NCBI GenBank assembly: GCA_016186395.1
Contig: JACPLU010000003.1
Span: 76,289-140,288 of the forward strand
Direction of reading: 5' to 3'
Length of the DNA: 64,000 bases
DNA from: Parcubacteria group bacterium
GTDB taxonomy: Bacteria > Patescibacteriota > Minisyncoccia > 2-02-FULL-40-12
In this document: positions 10,605-20,652 of the stretch, piece by piece
How positions within the stretch are numbered: position 1 is the first letter of the stretch
Layout of the letters: each line of letters begins with the position of its first letter
Position numbers and translations under genes: made by a program
Notes under the pieces: model-generated
Databases searched by the model: none
Told to the model about the DNA's origin: nothing
Seen by the model: the letters and a program-made list of their open reading frames with translations, nothing else

Positions 10605-11273
10605 ATGTCTAGATTACCTATATTAGTTAAAGAAAGAGCGCAAAAATTAAGAAGAAAAGGATATTCTATTCGGGAGATTACTAAGAAACTCAATATTGGC
10701 CAGGGCACCGCATCGGTATGGTTGCGTAATATTAGATTATCTCCTAGTGCCCAAAAACGACTTTTATCTCGCATTAAAAAAGGTCAATTTGTATCTGCTC
10801 AGAATAAAAAAGCAAGAACCGTGGCCTTGAATGAAAGTTTATTTTTAGACGCATTAAAGGATTTTAGAAATCTGAAATTATCTCGGGACATTAGAAGATT
10901 AATTTGTGCTATGCTTTATTGGTGTGAGGGAGCAAAGGATTATAGCTATATAAGTTTTACAAATTCAGACCCGAAACTAGTTAGGAGATTTATAGATTTA
11001 TTAGTTAATGATTTTGGAGTTACTAGGAGGAAAATATGGGCCCGTTTGCATTTACATAAGTATCATAATTCTAGAAAGCAACTTAAATTTTGGTCGAGGG
11101 CGTTAGATTTAGATCTGGGTCAGTTTAGGCAGCCTTTCATAAAGCCAAATACGGGTAAACGCATCAGAGAGAATTATCCTGGTTGTGTAAATATTTCTTA
11201 CTATGATAGTATCTTAGCAAGGAAAATTTTATATTTAAGTCGTGCATATTTAGGTTATGGGGGTGTAAGCTAA
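10605..11273 (+). CDS. HTH plus single LAGLIDADG-like (LYWCEG) protein overlapping tRNA-Trp
   Basis: LRRKGYSIREITKKLNIGQGTASVWL HTH; MLYWCEGAK..ISFTNSDP; TTTACT-17-TATAAT promoter at 10545-10573. Confidence 0.75.
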   Translation: MSRLPILVKERAQKLRRKGYSIREITKKLNIGQGTASVWLRNIRLSPSAQKRLLSRIKKGQFVSAQNKKARTVALNESLFLDALKDFRNLKLSRDIRRLICAMLYWCEGAKDYSYISFTNSDPKLVRRFIDLLVNDFGVTRRKIWARLHLHKYHNSRKQLKFWSRALDLDLGQFRQPFIKPNTGKRIRENYPGCVNISYYDSILARKILYLSRAYLGYGGVS

Positions 11274-11329
11274 TGGTAAACTGTCCGCCTCCAGAGCGGA
11301 ACTTCCGGGTTCAAGTCCTGGCGCCCCCG
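11259..11329 (+). tRNA. tRNA-Trp(CCA)
   Basis: GGGGGTG/CGCCCCC acceptor stem, TCCGC-CTCCAGA-GCGGA anticodon arm, TTCAAGT T-loop; lies near rpmG as is usual. Confidence 0.92.
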
Positions 11330-11487
11330 CCTTCGCTAAAGCTTCGGCGGGCAAGCCCGCACAAATAAAAAATTGCCGTAGGGCAATTTTTATCGTGGAA
11401 ACGCAATAGTTTTGATATTTTAGCAATATTCTCTGAAAAACAATTTGTTATCATACTAAAAAGTCCGTTAACAACAGGAGGATTTAT

Positions 11488-12201
11488 ATGGAAAAAGAGG
11501 CTTTGATATTTGATTTTGACGGGGTTATTAACGATTCTGGAAAACCTGGTTGTGAAAGAATCATTGAAATAGTTCGACGTGATTGTCATCGTGTTCCAAA
11601 TAATATTTGGGAAAGGTTTACCGGTATTTGGGATTCTAATGGAGTTCAAGTAAAAGAAGGTGCTTGGGGGCATCCGGGCGTTGAAATGATGACGATGGCT
11701 TTTGATTTGGACCCTGAAACTGCAGGTTTTTTATACAAAGAGTGGGAAAGAATAGATGCAACCAGCTTTTTTCCATTGGTAGATGGCGCAGCAGAGATTT
11801 TAGAAGTTCTTAGATCAAGTGGATTTAATATTTGTATGCTAACAAGTAGGAATAGGGATAATTTATTTAAAGTTTTGGAATATCATGATATTCTTAGATT
11901 TTTTGACCATATTCAAGCTCGTGATGATTGGTCTTTTCGTAAACCGGATCCTCATGCATTTTGTTTATTACTGGACAAACTGAAGAAGAATTCAGACATT
12001 TCAATCGAAGAGTGTATCTATGTGGGCGATACTCCTGAAGATCTTAAGGCGGCTAGAGATAGGGGAATAGAAAATGTTAGTGTTCTTAGTGGTATTTTTA
12101 CTAGAGAGCAATTTATTGCTTTAGGACAAAAACCAGAAAACATACTTCTTTCAATTAAGTATTTACCAGGATGGCTTAATTCTTTTGGGGAGGCAATATG
12201 A
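11488..12201 (+). CDS. HAD superfamily phosphatase
   Basis: FDFDGVI, LTS, KPDP and YVGDTPED motifs. Confidence 0.9.
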   Translation: MEKEALIFDFDGVINDSGKPGCERIIEIVRRDCHRVPNNIWERFTGIWDSNGVQVKEGAWGHPGVEMMTMAFDLDPETAGFLYKEWERIDATSFFPLVDGAAEILEVLRSSGFNICMLTSRNRDNLFKVLEYHDILRFFDHIQARDDWSFRKPDPHAFCLLLDKLKKNSDISIEECIYVGDTPEDLKAARDRGIENVSVLSGIFTREQFIALGQKPENILLSIKYLPGWLNSFGEAI

Positions 12202-12569
12202 GTGAATCATGCGTTTTATGTTTTGCAAGAGAATTGGAAAATGAAACCTGGTTTTCTGCATGGGAGCCATTTCCTGTCGGGATAGGACATAGAAAGCTGA
12301 TGCCCAAAAGACATGATGCTGATTTTTTTAATTTGACTGACCAAGAAAAGGTAGATTTTTGGGATTTACTGCAAAAGAATAAAGATTATTTAAATAATTC
12401 TTTGGGTAGTCACAAGCCGGATGGTTATAATATCGGTATAAATTATGGAGAAGCGGCCGGCCAAACAATAGGTCATTTACATGTTCATTTAATCCCAAGG
12501 TATAAGGGTGATGTTGAGAATCCAAGGGGCGGAGTTAGGAATATAAAACCATCGTTAGTAAGCTGGTAA
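12198..12569 (+). CDS. HIT family nucleotide hydrolase
   Basis: CxxC, AGQTIGHLHVHLIPR; ATGA overlap with the HAD gene. Confidence 0.92.
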   Translation: MSESCVLCFARELENETWFSAWEPFPVGIGHRKLMPKRHDADFFNLTDQEKVDFWDLLQKNKDYLNNSLGSHKPDGYNIGINYGEAAGQTIGHLHVHLIPRYKGDVENPRGGVRNIKPSLVSW

Positions 12570-12670
12570 CAGTTATAAGACAATATCTTTTTAGTCGGCG
12601 CAATGTTTGCGCTTTTTTTATTTTAATAGAATTTAATTACAGTTCGTTACAAATTAATGAGGAGATAGCT

Positions 12671-15600
12671 ATGCTAAATAGAAGTTTTTGGTCTAAAAAC
12701 GACATCGAAAAATTAAAAGATATTTGGGAGAAGTCTGGTCAGGACAGAGACAAATTCAAAGTTTTTGTTTTGATGGACACTTCTTTTGAGACCAAGCGTT
12801 CATGGTCCGCCTATTATAATAAGATAAGAGAGCTTGGATTATATCAGGGGTCTAAGCCTTCAAAACGGTATGCTTTTACTCAGCTTGAGCCGGTGCGATT
12901 TGAGCGGCTAAAGGCAGTTCTTCAAGATGATACTGTTAGTTGGGGTGATGTATTCAAAGAATTTCGAGAATTCACTCGAAAACAATTAAGAAATTTTGCT
13001 TTAAATCAGAATATCAAGCTTCACAAATATAAAACGGCACGCCCTCCCAAAAATGCTAATTTTAAAGCCTCGGCGCTACCAAAAGGGTTATTGAAAAAAT
13101 CGTCAAAGTCCGAAATAACAGAAAAAGAAGAGGAAACTGTTAATAATATAGACAAAAATTCTGATAATGAATTAACCTTAACTCAACAAGAAGCAATGCT
13201 TAGAGAAGGTTCTATTGCGGCAAAACGTTTTGAGATGCTTTTTGGTGATCTCAAGAAAATACCGGAAGTAGATATTCCCAGAAGTAATGGTGGATCGCCG
13301 ATTATCATTAAAGTCAAAGACGAGAATAACCCCAAGGTAACTATTATTAATTCACCACTGGTCGGAACCTTGGCGGCCAAAAAAGAGTCGATGGACATTT
13401 TCCGTAATGCACTGCGTTTGGCGCAAGCTGACAACAGTGATGCAGTCATTATTACTGGTAATCTTATTTATTGTTTGGTTGAGAAATACGGGAAACAACG
13501 TCCTTACAGAACACAAGTTATTGGACTTGAGCCAGACCCCGAGTTACTTGAGTCAAGCTATCCAAAAACGGTGCTGGATGAGATCGGGCCGCTCTATAAA
13601 AGAATTAAAGAAGGCAAACTTGTTTTCATGACAATTAAGGTTTATCTAGATCATGTTTTCAAGCTTATCCGCCAGAAGTTTCTAGATTCTAATGGACAGC
13701 CTATATTAAAATGTAATATTTATGTTTCTTTGGGTGAAATCGAAGAGTCGATTGCAATGTTTTATGCGAATGAATCATTGCGGGTTGAGGTTTTTCAAGA
13801 GAAAGCCTTTGCTCACCAAAAGATTCGTGAATTAAGAAGCGGGTTAAGCAAGGATAAGGCCGAGTTAAAGTATATGCGGTTACACACAGAAGATGAAAGC
13901 GGCGAAAACGATGAAGATGTTGAAGTTTTTGAACCCAAGGATATTCAGGAAAAAGAAAAAGAGGTTAATTCTTTAATTGAACAAATCAACGATTGGCAAA
14001 TTTACGATCGTTTATTGGTTTTGATGGGAAATGCGGCAACTAAGCAAGTAGATGCTTTGGGTAAATTGATGATTAACTATTTGGCTTATCGTATTGAATT
14101 AGATATTCCCAACGCAAAAGTTATTGGTGTTGGAGACACTTATTTAAAAATTGGCAAACAACTTGCTGCAATTGTTAGTGATAAAACTATAGATTCGGTT
14201 CGTGGCGGGTTGGCCGGTCGTCTTCGCGAAAAACTTTATAACTTTGTTAAAGCCAATCCTGGTGACAGGGTTCCAGCTGTTATTTTAGGTGCTGGGCTTA
14301 ATCCGTGGGGTACTGGTCTTTATGGAAGTTATAGGATTCGCGAACAGCGCTCTACGCTTGATGATTTGCGTATGACCGAGATTGATCAGCTTTTACCGTG
14401 TATTGATTCTCAATTGTATCGGGAAACGGTTCAAAGAATGCTTAAAGCTAAGGAGCGTTTGGCTAAATTAGCCAGTACACCGAATTTCCAGTCAGGAGTA
14501 ATGCAGCTCTCATTTTTTGAGCCGGCACCGGTTCCAGTTATTGAATGGTATACCAGTGCTTTTCTGACAAACCAGGCAATTTTTGGTTCAGAACAAGGAC
14601 TTACAAACTATGTCTCTGGCACAGAACCAAGATCCAAACGCCTGTATTTATATAAGGAAGGCTGTACTCACTATGGAGCCGCTTTTGTGGCACGTTATGA
14701 ATCGTTGGATGACCCAAATGGCCGATATATAAAACATCATAATCAGGTTTTATTTGAAGCATTTATGAAACACAATGTGCCGATTCACATGTATTTTATT
14801 GATGGCGACATCCAACACTGGTTAAATTATCAGACTTATAAAGAAGTCAATAAACAGTTATTAGATCCCGAAGACATGCTTGTTGAAATGACGCGGATTG
14901 AAAAGAATGCAGACATGACTTCGACAGGAAAAATCAAGGCATTAAAGATTTTAGCAATGACTAATACATTGGTCGCCGGAGTGCTTCAGCCTGAAGAGCA
15001 GATTGAACTTTACGGTAAGGCGATGGCTCCATATGCCGACTTTTTTATAGGAGTAATTGAGCGAGCAAAGAAAGCCGGTATTACAATGACCGGAAAACCA
15101 GGAGATCTTGGGATTATTAATATTGGTCAAGGCAATCATAATGAAAACAGTTGGAAATATAGTGATATCAAGTTTTCTGAAGCCAAAATTACCAGAAAGG
15201 AACTGATTAATATTCTTCTGCGTGCCGGTTATAACCCCCTAGAGCTTGAACGGGACGTCATTGCATGTGAAACCGGTGGTGTTGGTATAGCTGAAGGCAC
15301 ATTTATAGTCGGTACTTTGGGTAAAGATGCATATGAGTACTGCGTTTTTATGAAACATAAGCATGGGAGCAGTAAGACGCAGGATAATATGCGAACGATG
15401 ATTAAGAATTTTTCTACGCGTGGTACAACTGGAAATTACGGTGTTGGCCGATTTACCGTTAATCTTGGCGGAGATGATCATATGGGAGGCCATGCGGTCA
15501 CTAGAAACGCTTTTCATATGAAAACCGGTGGTCAAATGTTTGATGGGCCATTTGGGCACAAGCTTGATTTTCCGAAACAAAATCTTTTTTCAGCGGTAGC

Positions 15601-15727
15601 GAGTATCCCTAGTGGCGGACCTTCCTGGGGTCCATTTACAGTCATTAGGTTTGATTTTCGCATTACAAGAAAACTCGCGGCATATAAAATTATGTTGCCG
15701 GAAAAACTTTTTCCCAATCCAGCATAA
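12671..15727 (+). CDS. Large protein with N-terminal Myb/HTH-like region and probable tandem calcineurin-like metallophosphoesterase domains
   Basis: VIITGNLI in a degenerate first domain; CTHYG, IDGDI, GQGNHNE, MKHKH and GGDDH in the second. Confidence 0.6.
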   Translation: MLNRSFWSKNDIEKLKDIWEKSGQDRDKFKVFVLMDTSFETKRSWSAYYNKIRELGLYQGSKPSKRYAFTQLEPVRFERLKAVLQDDTVSWGDVFKEFREFTRKQLRNFALNQNIKLHKYKTARPPKNANFKASALPKGLLKKSSKSEITEKEEETVNNIDKNSDNELTLTQQEAMLREGSIAAKRFEMLFGDLKKIPEVDIPRSNGGSPIIIKVKDENNPKVTIINSPLVGTLAAKKESMDIFRNALRLAQADNSDAVIITGNLIYCLVEKYGKQRPYRTQVIGLEPDPELLESSYPKTVLDEIGPLYKRIKEGKLVFMTIKVYLDHVFKLIRQKFLDSNGQPILKCNIYVSLGEIEESIAMFYANESLRVEVFQEKAFAHQKIRELRSGLSKDKAELKYMRLHTEDESGENDEDVEVFEPKDIQEKEKEVNSLIEQINDWQIYDRLLVLMGNAATKQVDALGKLMINYLAYRIELDIPNAKVIGVGDTYLKIGKQLAAIVSDKTIDSVRGGLAGRLREKLYNFVKANPGDRVPAVILGAGLNPWGTGLYGSYRIREQRSTLDDLRMTEIDQLLPCIDSQLYRETVQRMLKAKERLAKLASTPNFQSGVMQLSFFEPAPVPVIEWYTSAFLTNQAIFGSEQGLTNYVSGTEPRSKRLYLYKEGCTHYGAAFVARYESLDDPNGRYIKHHNQVLFEAFMKHNVPIHMYFIDGDIQHWLNYQTYKEVNKQLLDPEDMLVEMTRIEKNADMTSTGKIKALKILAMTNTLVAGVLQPEEQIELYGKAMAPYADFFIGVIERAKKAGITMTGKPGDLGIINIGQGNHNENSWKYSDIKFSEAKITRKELINILLRAGYNPLELERDVIACETGGVGIAEGTFIVGTLGKDAYEYCVFMKHKHGSSKTQDNMRTMIKNFSTRGTTGNYGVGRFTVNLGGDDHMGGHAVTRNAFHMKTGGQMFDGPFGHKLDFPKQNLFSAVASIPSGGPSWGPFTVIRFDFRITRKLAAYKIMLPEKLFPNPA

Positions 15728-15818
15728 TAAATATTTTGTTGCTAGTGGAAGAAAAAAATTTGAAAAATTATTTATTTTTTAGACCGAGCTGAGCTCGGTT
15801 TTTGTTTAGTTTAATTCT

Positions 15819-16847
15819 ATGTTACCCTATAAAACAATTATGTTAGCATACTTCGGAACTAAAAATAGTTTGTTTTTTGTAGTATGTGTAATAATATTGG
15901 TTATTTTATTCCAAGGTCTTTTTTCGATCTTTTGGCCTAAAAATATATCTGCGGTATTATTTGAGGTTAAAAAAGGGGAATCGTTTAATCAGATCTCAAA
16001 AGATCTAAAAGTAAATGGAATAATACTTAGTCCTTTCTGGTTTAAATTTTACAGCGCCTTAAGAGGAGATCAGGCTTATATTAAGGCCGGTAGTTATCAA
16101 TTGGAAGGACTTTTAAATGGAAAAGATGTGCTAAACATTTTAATTGAAGGAAAAGCGATTAGTGATGATGTCGAGGTTATAATACAAGAAGGACTAAATG
16201 TTTGGGAAATAGATAAAAAATTAACTGAATCGGGATTAATAAAAAAAGGATTGTTTACCAAATCAGCTACTGACTTAGAAGGTTATTTGTTCCCAGATAC
16301 TTACCGCTTTGAGAAGGATTCCTCGGCGGAAGAAATAATACAAAAAATGAAGGCTAATTTTTCAAAAAAGATTCAAGACGCTCATATAAAATTTACTAAT
16401 GAAGATATTATTCTGGCTTCAATTTTAGAGAAAGAAGTAAAAACCACGGAAGATATGCAAGTCGTAGTTGGTATTTTAAAAAAACGTTTAGTCAGAGAAA
16501 TACCACTAGAAGTTGATGCAACTTTGGCTTATGGAGTGTGTAAGGGTGGAACTTCTTTAGCCAAAACAAAGTTATTATCTACTTTTTTCGATGGTACTTT
16601 GTGTGACGTTTCTCTGGTGCCGATTAAAGATTACCTAAATTTTGAATCATCGTTTAATACTTATAAAAAACTTGGGTTACCACTATCGTCAATTTCAAAT
16701 CCTGGGATTAGGGCAATTCAAGCGGCTTTGAATCCAGTTGATAGTCCTTATTTTTATTATCTTTCTCCTCGCGATGGAGGGCCTACGGTATTCAGTAAAA
16801 CCTACCAAGAGCATTTAGCTGCCAGAAAAAAATATTTAGGTTTGTAA
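15819..16847 (+). CDS. mltG: Endolytic transglycosylase MltG
   Basis: LEGYLFPDTY, ASILEKE and FNTYKKLGLP..ISNPG motifs. Confidence 0.92.
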   Translation: MLPYKTIMLAYFGTKNSLFFVVCVIILVILFQGLFSIFWPKNISAVLFEVKKGESFNQISKDLKVNGIILSPFWFKFYSALRGDQAYIKAGSYQLEGLLNGKDVLNILIEGKAISDDVEVIIQEGLNVWEIDKKLTESGLIKKGLFTKSATDLEGYLFPDTYRFEKDSSAEEIIQKMKANFSKKIQDAHIKFTNEDIILASILEKEVKTTEDMQVVVGILKKRLVREIPLEVDATLAYGVCKGGTSLAKTKLLSTFFDGTLCDVSLVPIKDYLNFESSFNTYKKLGLPLSSISNPGIRAIQAALNPVDSPYFYYLSPRDGGPTVFSKTYQEHLAARKKYLGL

Positions 16848-16959
16848 CTTTAAATTGAATCGAGTGGGATCTTGATCAAATTAAATATTTGTCCTATATT
16901 CAACTTGCATTAGGGGTTCTTTTAAAATCTAATCTTTAAGTTTGGGAGAGGAGAAAAAC

Positions 16960-18264
16960 ATGAGTCAGGTAGATAATGTTTTAGTCAGGATTGAAAATGC
17001 AGCTAAAACTATAAATCTTGATAGTGAAACACTGGATACGCTAAAAAGTTTTAAACTTGTTTGGACCTGCGACTTGGAAGCAAGGATGGATAATGGAATA
17101 TTAAAAAGATTTAAAGCTATTAGGATTTGGCATCGTTCACCTCACGTTGATCAGCCTCACAAAGGTGGCTTGCGTTATCACCAAGATATTAATGAAGATA
17201 TTATGAAGGCGCATGCGGCTGAGATGAGTCTGAAGTCATGGATTATGGGTCTTGGTTGGGGCGGAGCGAAAGGGGGTATAGCAATAGATCCAACGAAGTA
17301 TTCAAGACAGGAGCTCAAGAACATTACAGAAAAACTTGTGGACGAAATGGATGAAAGAACTATTCTAGGGCCTTTTCGAGATGTTCCCGCACCAGACGTT
17401 GGAACCAATCCTGAAGTTATGAATTGGATTCGCCAACGTTATGCCCAGAGGCGTCGTTCTTTTGAGGATGCTCGATTTGCGGCTGTAGTTACGGGTAAGC
17501 CAGTAGGTTACGGTTTTGATGGAATTCCTGGTCGTAACGAGGCTACGGGTTGCGGTTTGGTGGCTGTTTTAGAAAAAATTTTAGAGGACCATAAAGTTCC
17601 AATTAATGGTTTTAATGCTGATAATGTGACCTTAGCTATTATGGGATTTGGTAACGTAGGTTCTCATGTGGCGGAGTTTGTTGGAAAACAATGTCCCAGT
17701 TTGAAAATAGTGGCGGTGAGTGATGTTCGGGGTGGTATCTACAATAAGAATGGTTTGGATGTGCCGCGGTTGATAGAATATGTAAATTCTGAAAAAAGCG
17801 TTGTAGGTCTGCCCGGTTCAACTCCAATTACCAACGATGAATTACTGGAGATTAATTGCGATATATTGGTGCCAGCTGCACTTGAAAATGTAATCAAAGT
17901 TGATAACGCCAGTAGAGTTAAAGCTAAAGTTATTTTAGAAGGAGCAAATGGACCAACTACTCCAGAGGCAGATGAGGTATTAGAATCTAAAAACATTTTG
18001 GTCATTCCAGATATCTTAGCTAATGCTGGTGGAGTAACGGTTTCATTTTTTGAATGGGCCAGAAACGTCAGCATAAAAGATGAGAGAGTGCCTTTGTCAC
18101 GAATAGACAAAGTCTTAAAAGCTCTCCAAAAAATGATTACTCATTCAGTAGATGAAGTTTTTGAAACCGCTAGGGTTTATAGAACCAATTTGAGAAATGC
18201 TGCTTATATTACAGCTATTAAAAGAGCTACACCTTTATTTAAAGCTAAGCATTTAGTTGATTAG
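16960..18264 (+). CDS. gdhA: Glu/Leu/Phe/Val dehydrogenase (glutamate dehydrogenase-like)
   Basis: KGGLRY, GGAKGG, DVPAPDVGT, GFGNVG and EGANGP motifs. Confidence 0.9.
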   Translation: MSQVDNVLVRIENAAKTINLDSETLDTLKSFKLVWTCDLEARMDNGILKRFKAIRIWHRSPHVDQPHKGGLRYHQDINEDIMKAHAAEMSLKSWIMGLGWGGAKGGIAIDPTKYSRQELKNITEKLVDEMDERTILGPFRDVPAPDVGTNPEVMNWIRQRYAQRRRSFEDARFAAVVTGKPVGYGFDGIPGRNEATGCGLVAVLEKILEDHKVPINGFNADNVTLAIMGFGNVGSHVAEFVGKQCPSLKIVAVSDVRGGIYNKNGLDVPRLIEYVNSEKSVVGLPGSTPITNDELLEINCDILVPAALENVIKVDNASRVKAKVILEGANGPTTPEADEVLESKNILVIPDILANAGGVTVSFFEWARNVSIKDERVPLSRIDKVLKALQKMITHSVDEVFETARVYRTNLRNAAYITAIKRATPLFKAKHLVD

Positions 18265-18420
18265 CTTTCATTTAATTAATTTGATTATCTTCGTCATCTC
18301 ATCAGGTGACGTTTTTGTTAGTTTTTTTCCAAGAGGGGAGCGACCGCGCCCGACTTCGCTTTGACGAAGTCAAGGCGGGCGGGTTGGCTACAAAAAATAA
18401 TCCCGCATATATTTTACCAT

Positions 18421-19293
18421 TCAATACGTAAAATGTATGCGGGATTGTTTTATGATTTCTATGACTTCTGTAATCTTTCCAGGCGATGTTTTAGTAACGA
18501 GTCCTCTATGAGTAATAGAAGGAAGTTCATCGCGGCCAATAATTTGCTTATTGTTAATCCAAATAAGTTCTAAATCTAAATAAGTATTTTTATTCCAAAA
18601 TGTGGCTTGTTCAGGCGGGTCAAAGTAAAATATCATTCCGTCATATTCTTTAGCTTCTCGTATTTTCGAAAGACCTTGAGCTTTTTCCCATGGAGTTTTT
18701 GCCGTGCGAAGAATATAGATTTTACCGTCTAAATTAAGATTTAAAGTTTCGGGTTTACGTAATGTAAAAAGAGATATCCAAACAACTCCAACTAAAACTG
18801 GAATTATTAAAAATTTCCATGAAACACGCCTATATTTTAAAAGAACAAGAAAGATTATTGAAATCGCTATATAGTTTAAAATCATAAACCAAGTTTGGCC
18901 CCAGCTTATACCATGTATTTTTATATTGCTGATTGGCCACAAAAACGGGGTGGTATAGAAATTGGTATGTGTTGGAATGTCAAAAAGAACATGTAAGGGC
19001 CAAGCCAGGAATTCTAGTTTATATTTTGGTAAGAATCGCCAAACAGTGAAGGAAAGTAGAATTGCCAAGATTAAACTATGAGTTATATTGTAAAGGTTGT
19101 TTACATAGGAAGGAATATTAAATACGGGAACGTTAAAAGAAGAGCCATTAAGAATAAATGAATTTATAAAATGTGGACCAAAGGAGATTACATCCGGTAA
19201 AACACCAAAGAGAACTGCAATCCAAAATGAGGTTTTGGGCTTTATGATTCGACTAAAGGCCCCACCATATAACCCATGTGCAAATACATCCAT
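18421..19293 (-). CDS. YdjM-like membrane metal-dependent hydrolase fused to DUF192
   Basis: H..LPD..THS..HVLFD..H N-terminal motifs; C-terminal AQGLS..GMIFYF..FWNKNTYLDLELIWI. Confidence 0.75.
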   Translation of the reverse strand: MDVFAHGLYGGAFSRIIKPKTSFWIAVLFGVLPDVISFGPHFINSFILNGSSFNVPVFNIPSYVNNLYNITHSLILAILLSFTVWRFLPKYKLEFLAWPLHVLFDIPTHTNFYTTPFLWPISNIKIHGISWGQTWFMILNYIAISIIFLVLLKYRRVSWKFLIIPVLVGVVWISLFTLRKPETLNLNLDGKIYILRTAKTPWEKAQGLSKIREAKEYDGMIFYFDPPEQATFWNKNTYLDLELIWINNKQIIGRDELPSITHRGLVTKTSPGKITEVIEIIKQSRIHFTY

Positions 19294-19384
19294 GTTTTCA
19301 ATATAATGGAAGGAGAATAAGTAGACTGATTGACAATATTAGGTTAGCGTATTACTGTAAAGATGATACAGGTGGAAATAGAAA

Positions 19385-19828
19385 TTGGAGGAAGATATGA
19401 GTCCGAATATTTTAGCTATATTAGTGGCGTTTGGACTTGGATTAGTGTTGATACCTTGGAAGATTGCTTTGCAAAAGATAGGCAATGATAACTTCTTTAT
19501 GGTATTGGGAGCAGTTCTTTTTACCGGAGGATTAATAAATAGTTTATTTAAAAAAATAGAAAAAGATTTTTCTTTTGACTTTAGTGCTGTGGCATGGGCT
19601 ATTATTGCCGGCGTAATTTACTTTGTAACTATGACAATTTTTAACAAAGCATTAAACCATCCTCTGGCTAAGCTGGGTATAATAGCAGCAATAAGCGCAA
19701 CCTATCCAGTTATTGCAGGAATTGCCAGTATGATCATTTTTAAACAAACTCTAAGTCTCAAGGAAATACTTTTTATGTTAGTTTCGATAGCAGGTATAGT
19801 GGGGTTAAGTGTTGTCGGTAAGCGTTAG
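19385..19828 (+). CDS. EamA/DMT family transporter
   Basis: Five TM helices; ISATYPVIA..IFKQTLS motif. Confidence 0.75.
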   Translation: MEEDMSPNILAILVAFGLGLVLIPWKIALQKIGNDNFFMVLGAVLFTGGLINSLFKKIEKDFSFDFSAVAWAIIAGVIYFVTMTIFNKALNHPLAKLGIIAAISATYPVIAGIASMIIFKQTLSLKEILFMLVSIAGIVGLSVVGKR

Positions 19829-19904
19829 AATTGGAAATGATGGGTCGTTTAAGCGATCCTTTTTTGATAAAAAATAGGAGCGGGGGCTCCTGTTTATATA
19901 ACTA

Positions 19905-20357
19905 CTAGCTTTTCATTCCAGCTGCTTTTTCTAATTCTCTAACACTGTTTTCAAGATTCCTATGTGCCTGGTCAACGATTGGTTCCAGAATCTCTCTGTT
20001 TATCAGGTTCAGGTGCACGCATTGCCATGGGCAAACTAAAACAGTAGTTGTGTATTCGTTTGGTTTAAGCGAGTATTTTCTTTTGAATTCGTCGTCTGGT
20101 TCTATGAGGTTTTTCCCACATACGGGACATTTTAAAACTTTTTGTTTGGAATCAAAAATGATTTTAGCAAACCCAAGAAGTTTGGGGAAAGAAGTTGCTA
20201 GTACATGATTGACGTTTTCTTCGCTTACCCAAGCATTTCCATCAATGTGAAGTTCAAAACTACCATCGTCGCTTACCATAACCATAAAATCTAGTTTTGA
20301 AAGTAACCTTTGGTATGTGTTTTTCTGTGCTTCACTAGGCACATAAAGTGTTCGCAT
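19905..20357 (-). CDS. Hypothetical zinc-ribbon protein
   Basis: CPVC..CPWQC; AGGAG upstream. Confidence 0.6.
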   Translation of the reverse strand: MRTLYVPSEAQKNTYQRLLSKLDFMVMVSDDGSFELHIDGNAWVSEENVNHVLATSFPKLLGFAKIIFDSKQKVLKCPVCGKNLIEPDDEFKRKYSLKPNEYTTTVLVCPWQCVHLNLINREILEPIVDQAHRNLENSVRELEKAAGMKS

Positions 20358-20471
20358 AAAGGTCTCCTTTTTAAAGAGCGGATTTAAGAATGGTGTTTGA
20401 ATACTAGGGTTTTCTTATTGTTGTGTCAATGTTTGACATATTTTAAGCTTTTGATATATTTATGAAATTAG

Positions 20472-20520
20472 TGCCGAAGACGGCGAGTTGCCCTAAAAGC
20501 ATAAATCTCGTTTAGGTCGA
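20472..20520 (+). promoter_or_regulatory. Ribosomal protein L10 leader
   Basis: CCGAAGACGGCGAG..TAAATCTCGTTTAGGTC kink-turn-like motif upstream of rplJ; TTGACA promoter at 20434. Confidence 0.7.
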
Positions 20521-20652
20521 AAATCAATCAAAAGATTGATTTGGGTTTATTATGGTTGACGGCTTATTAGGCCGTCGTTTTATTAGCAAATCTGCAGGTA
20601 TGAGGGTGATCATTTGTATCATTCGAATGCATTTGTAGATTGGCATTATATT

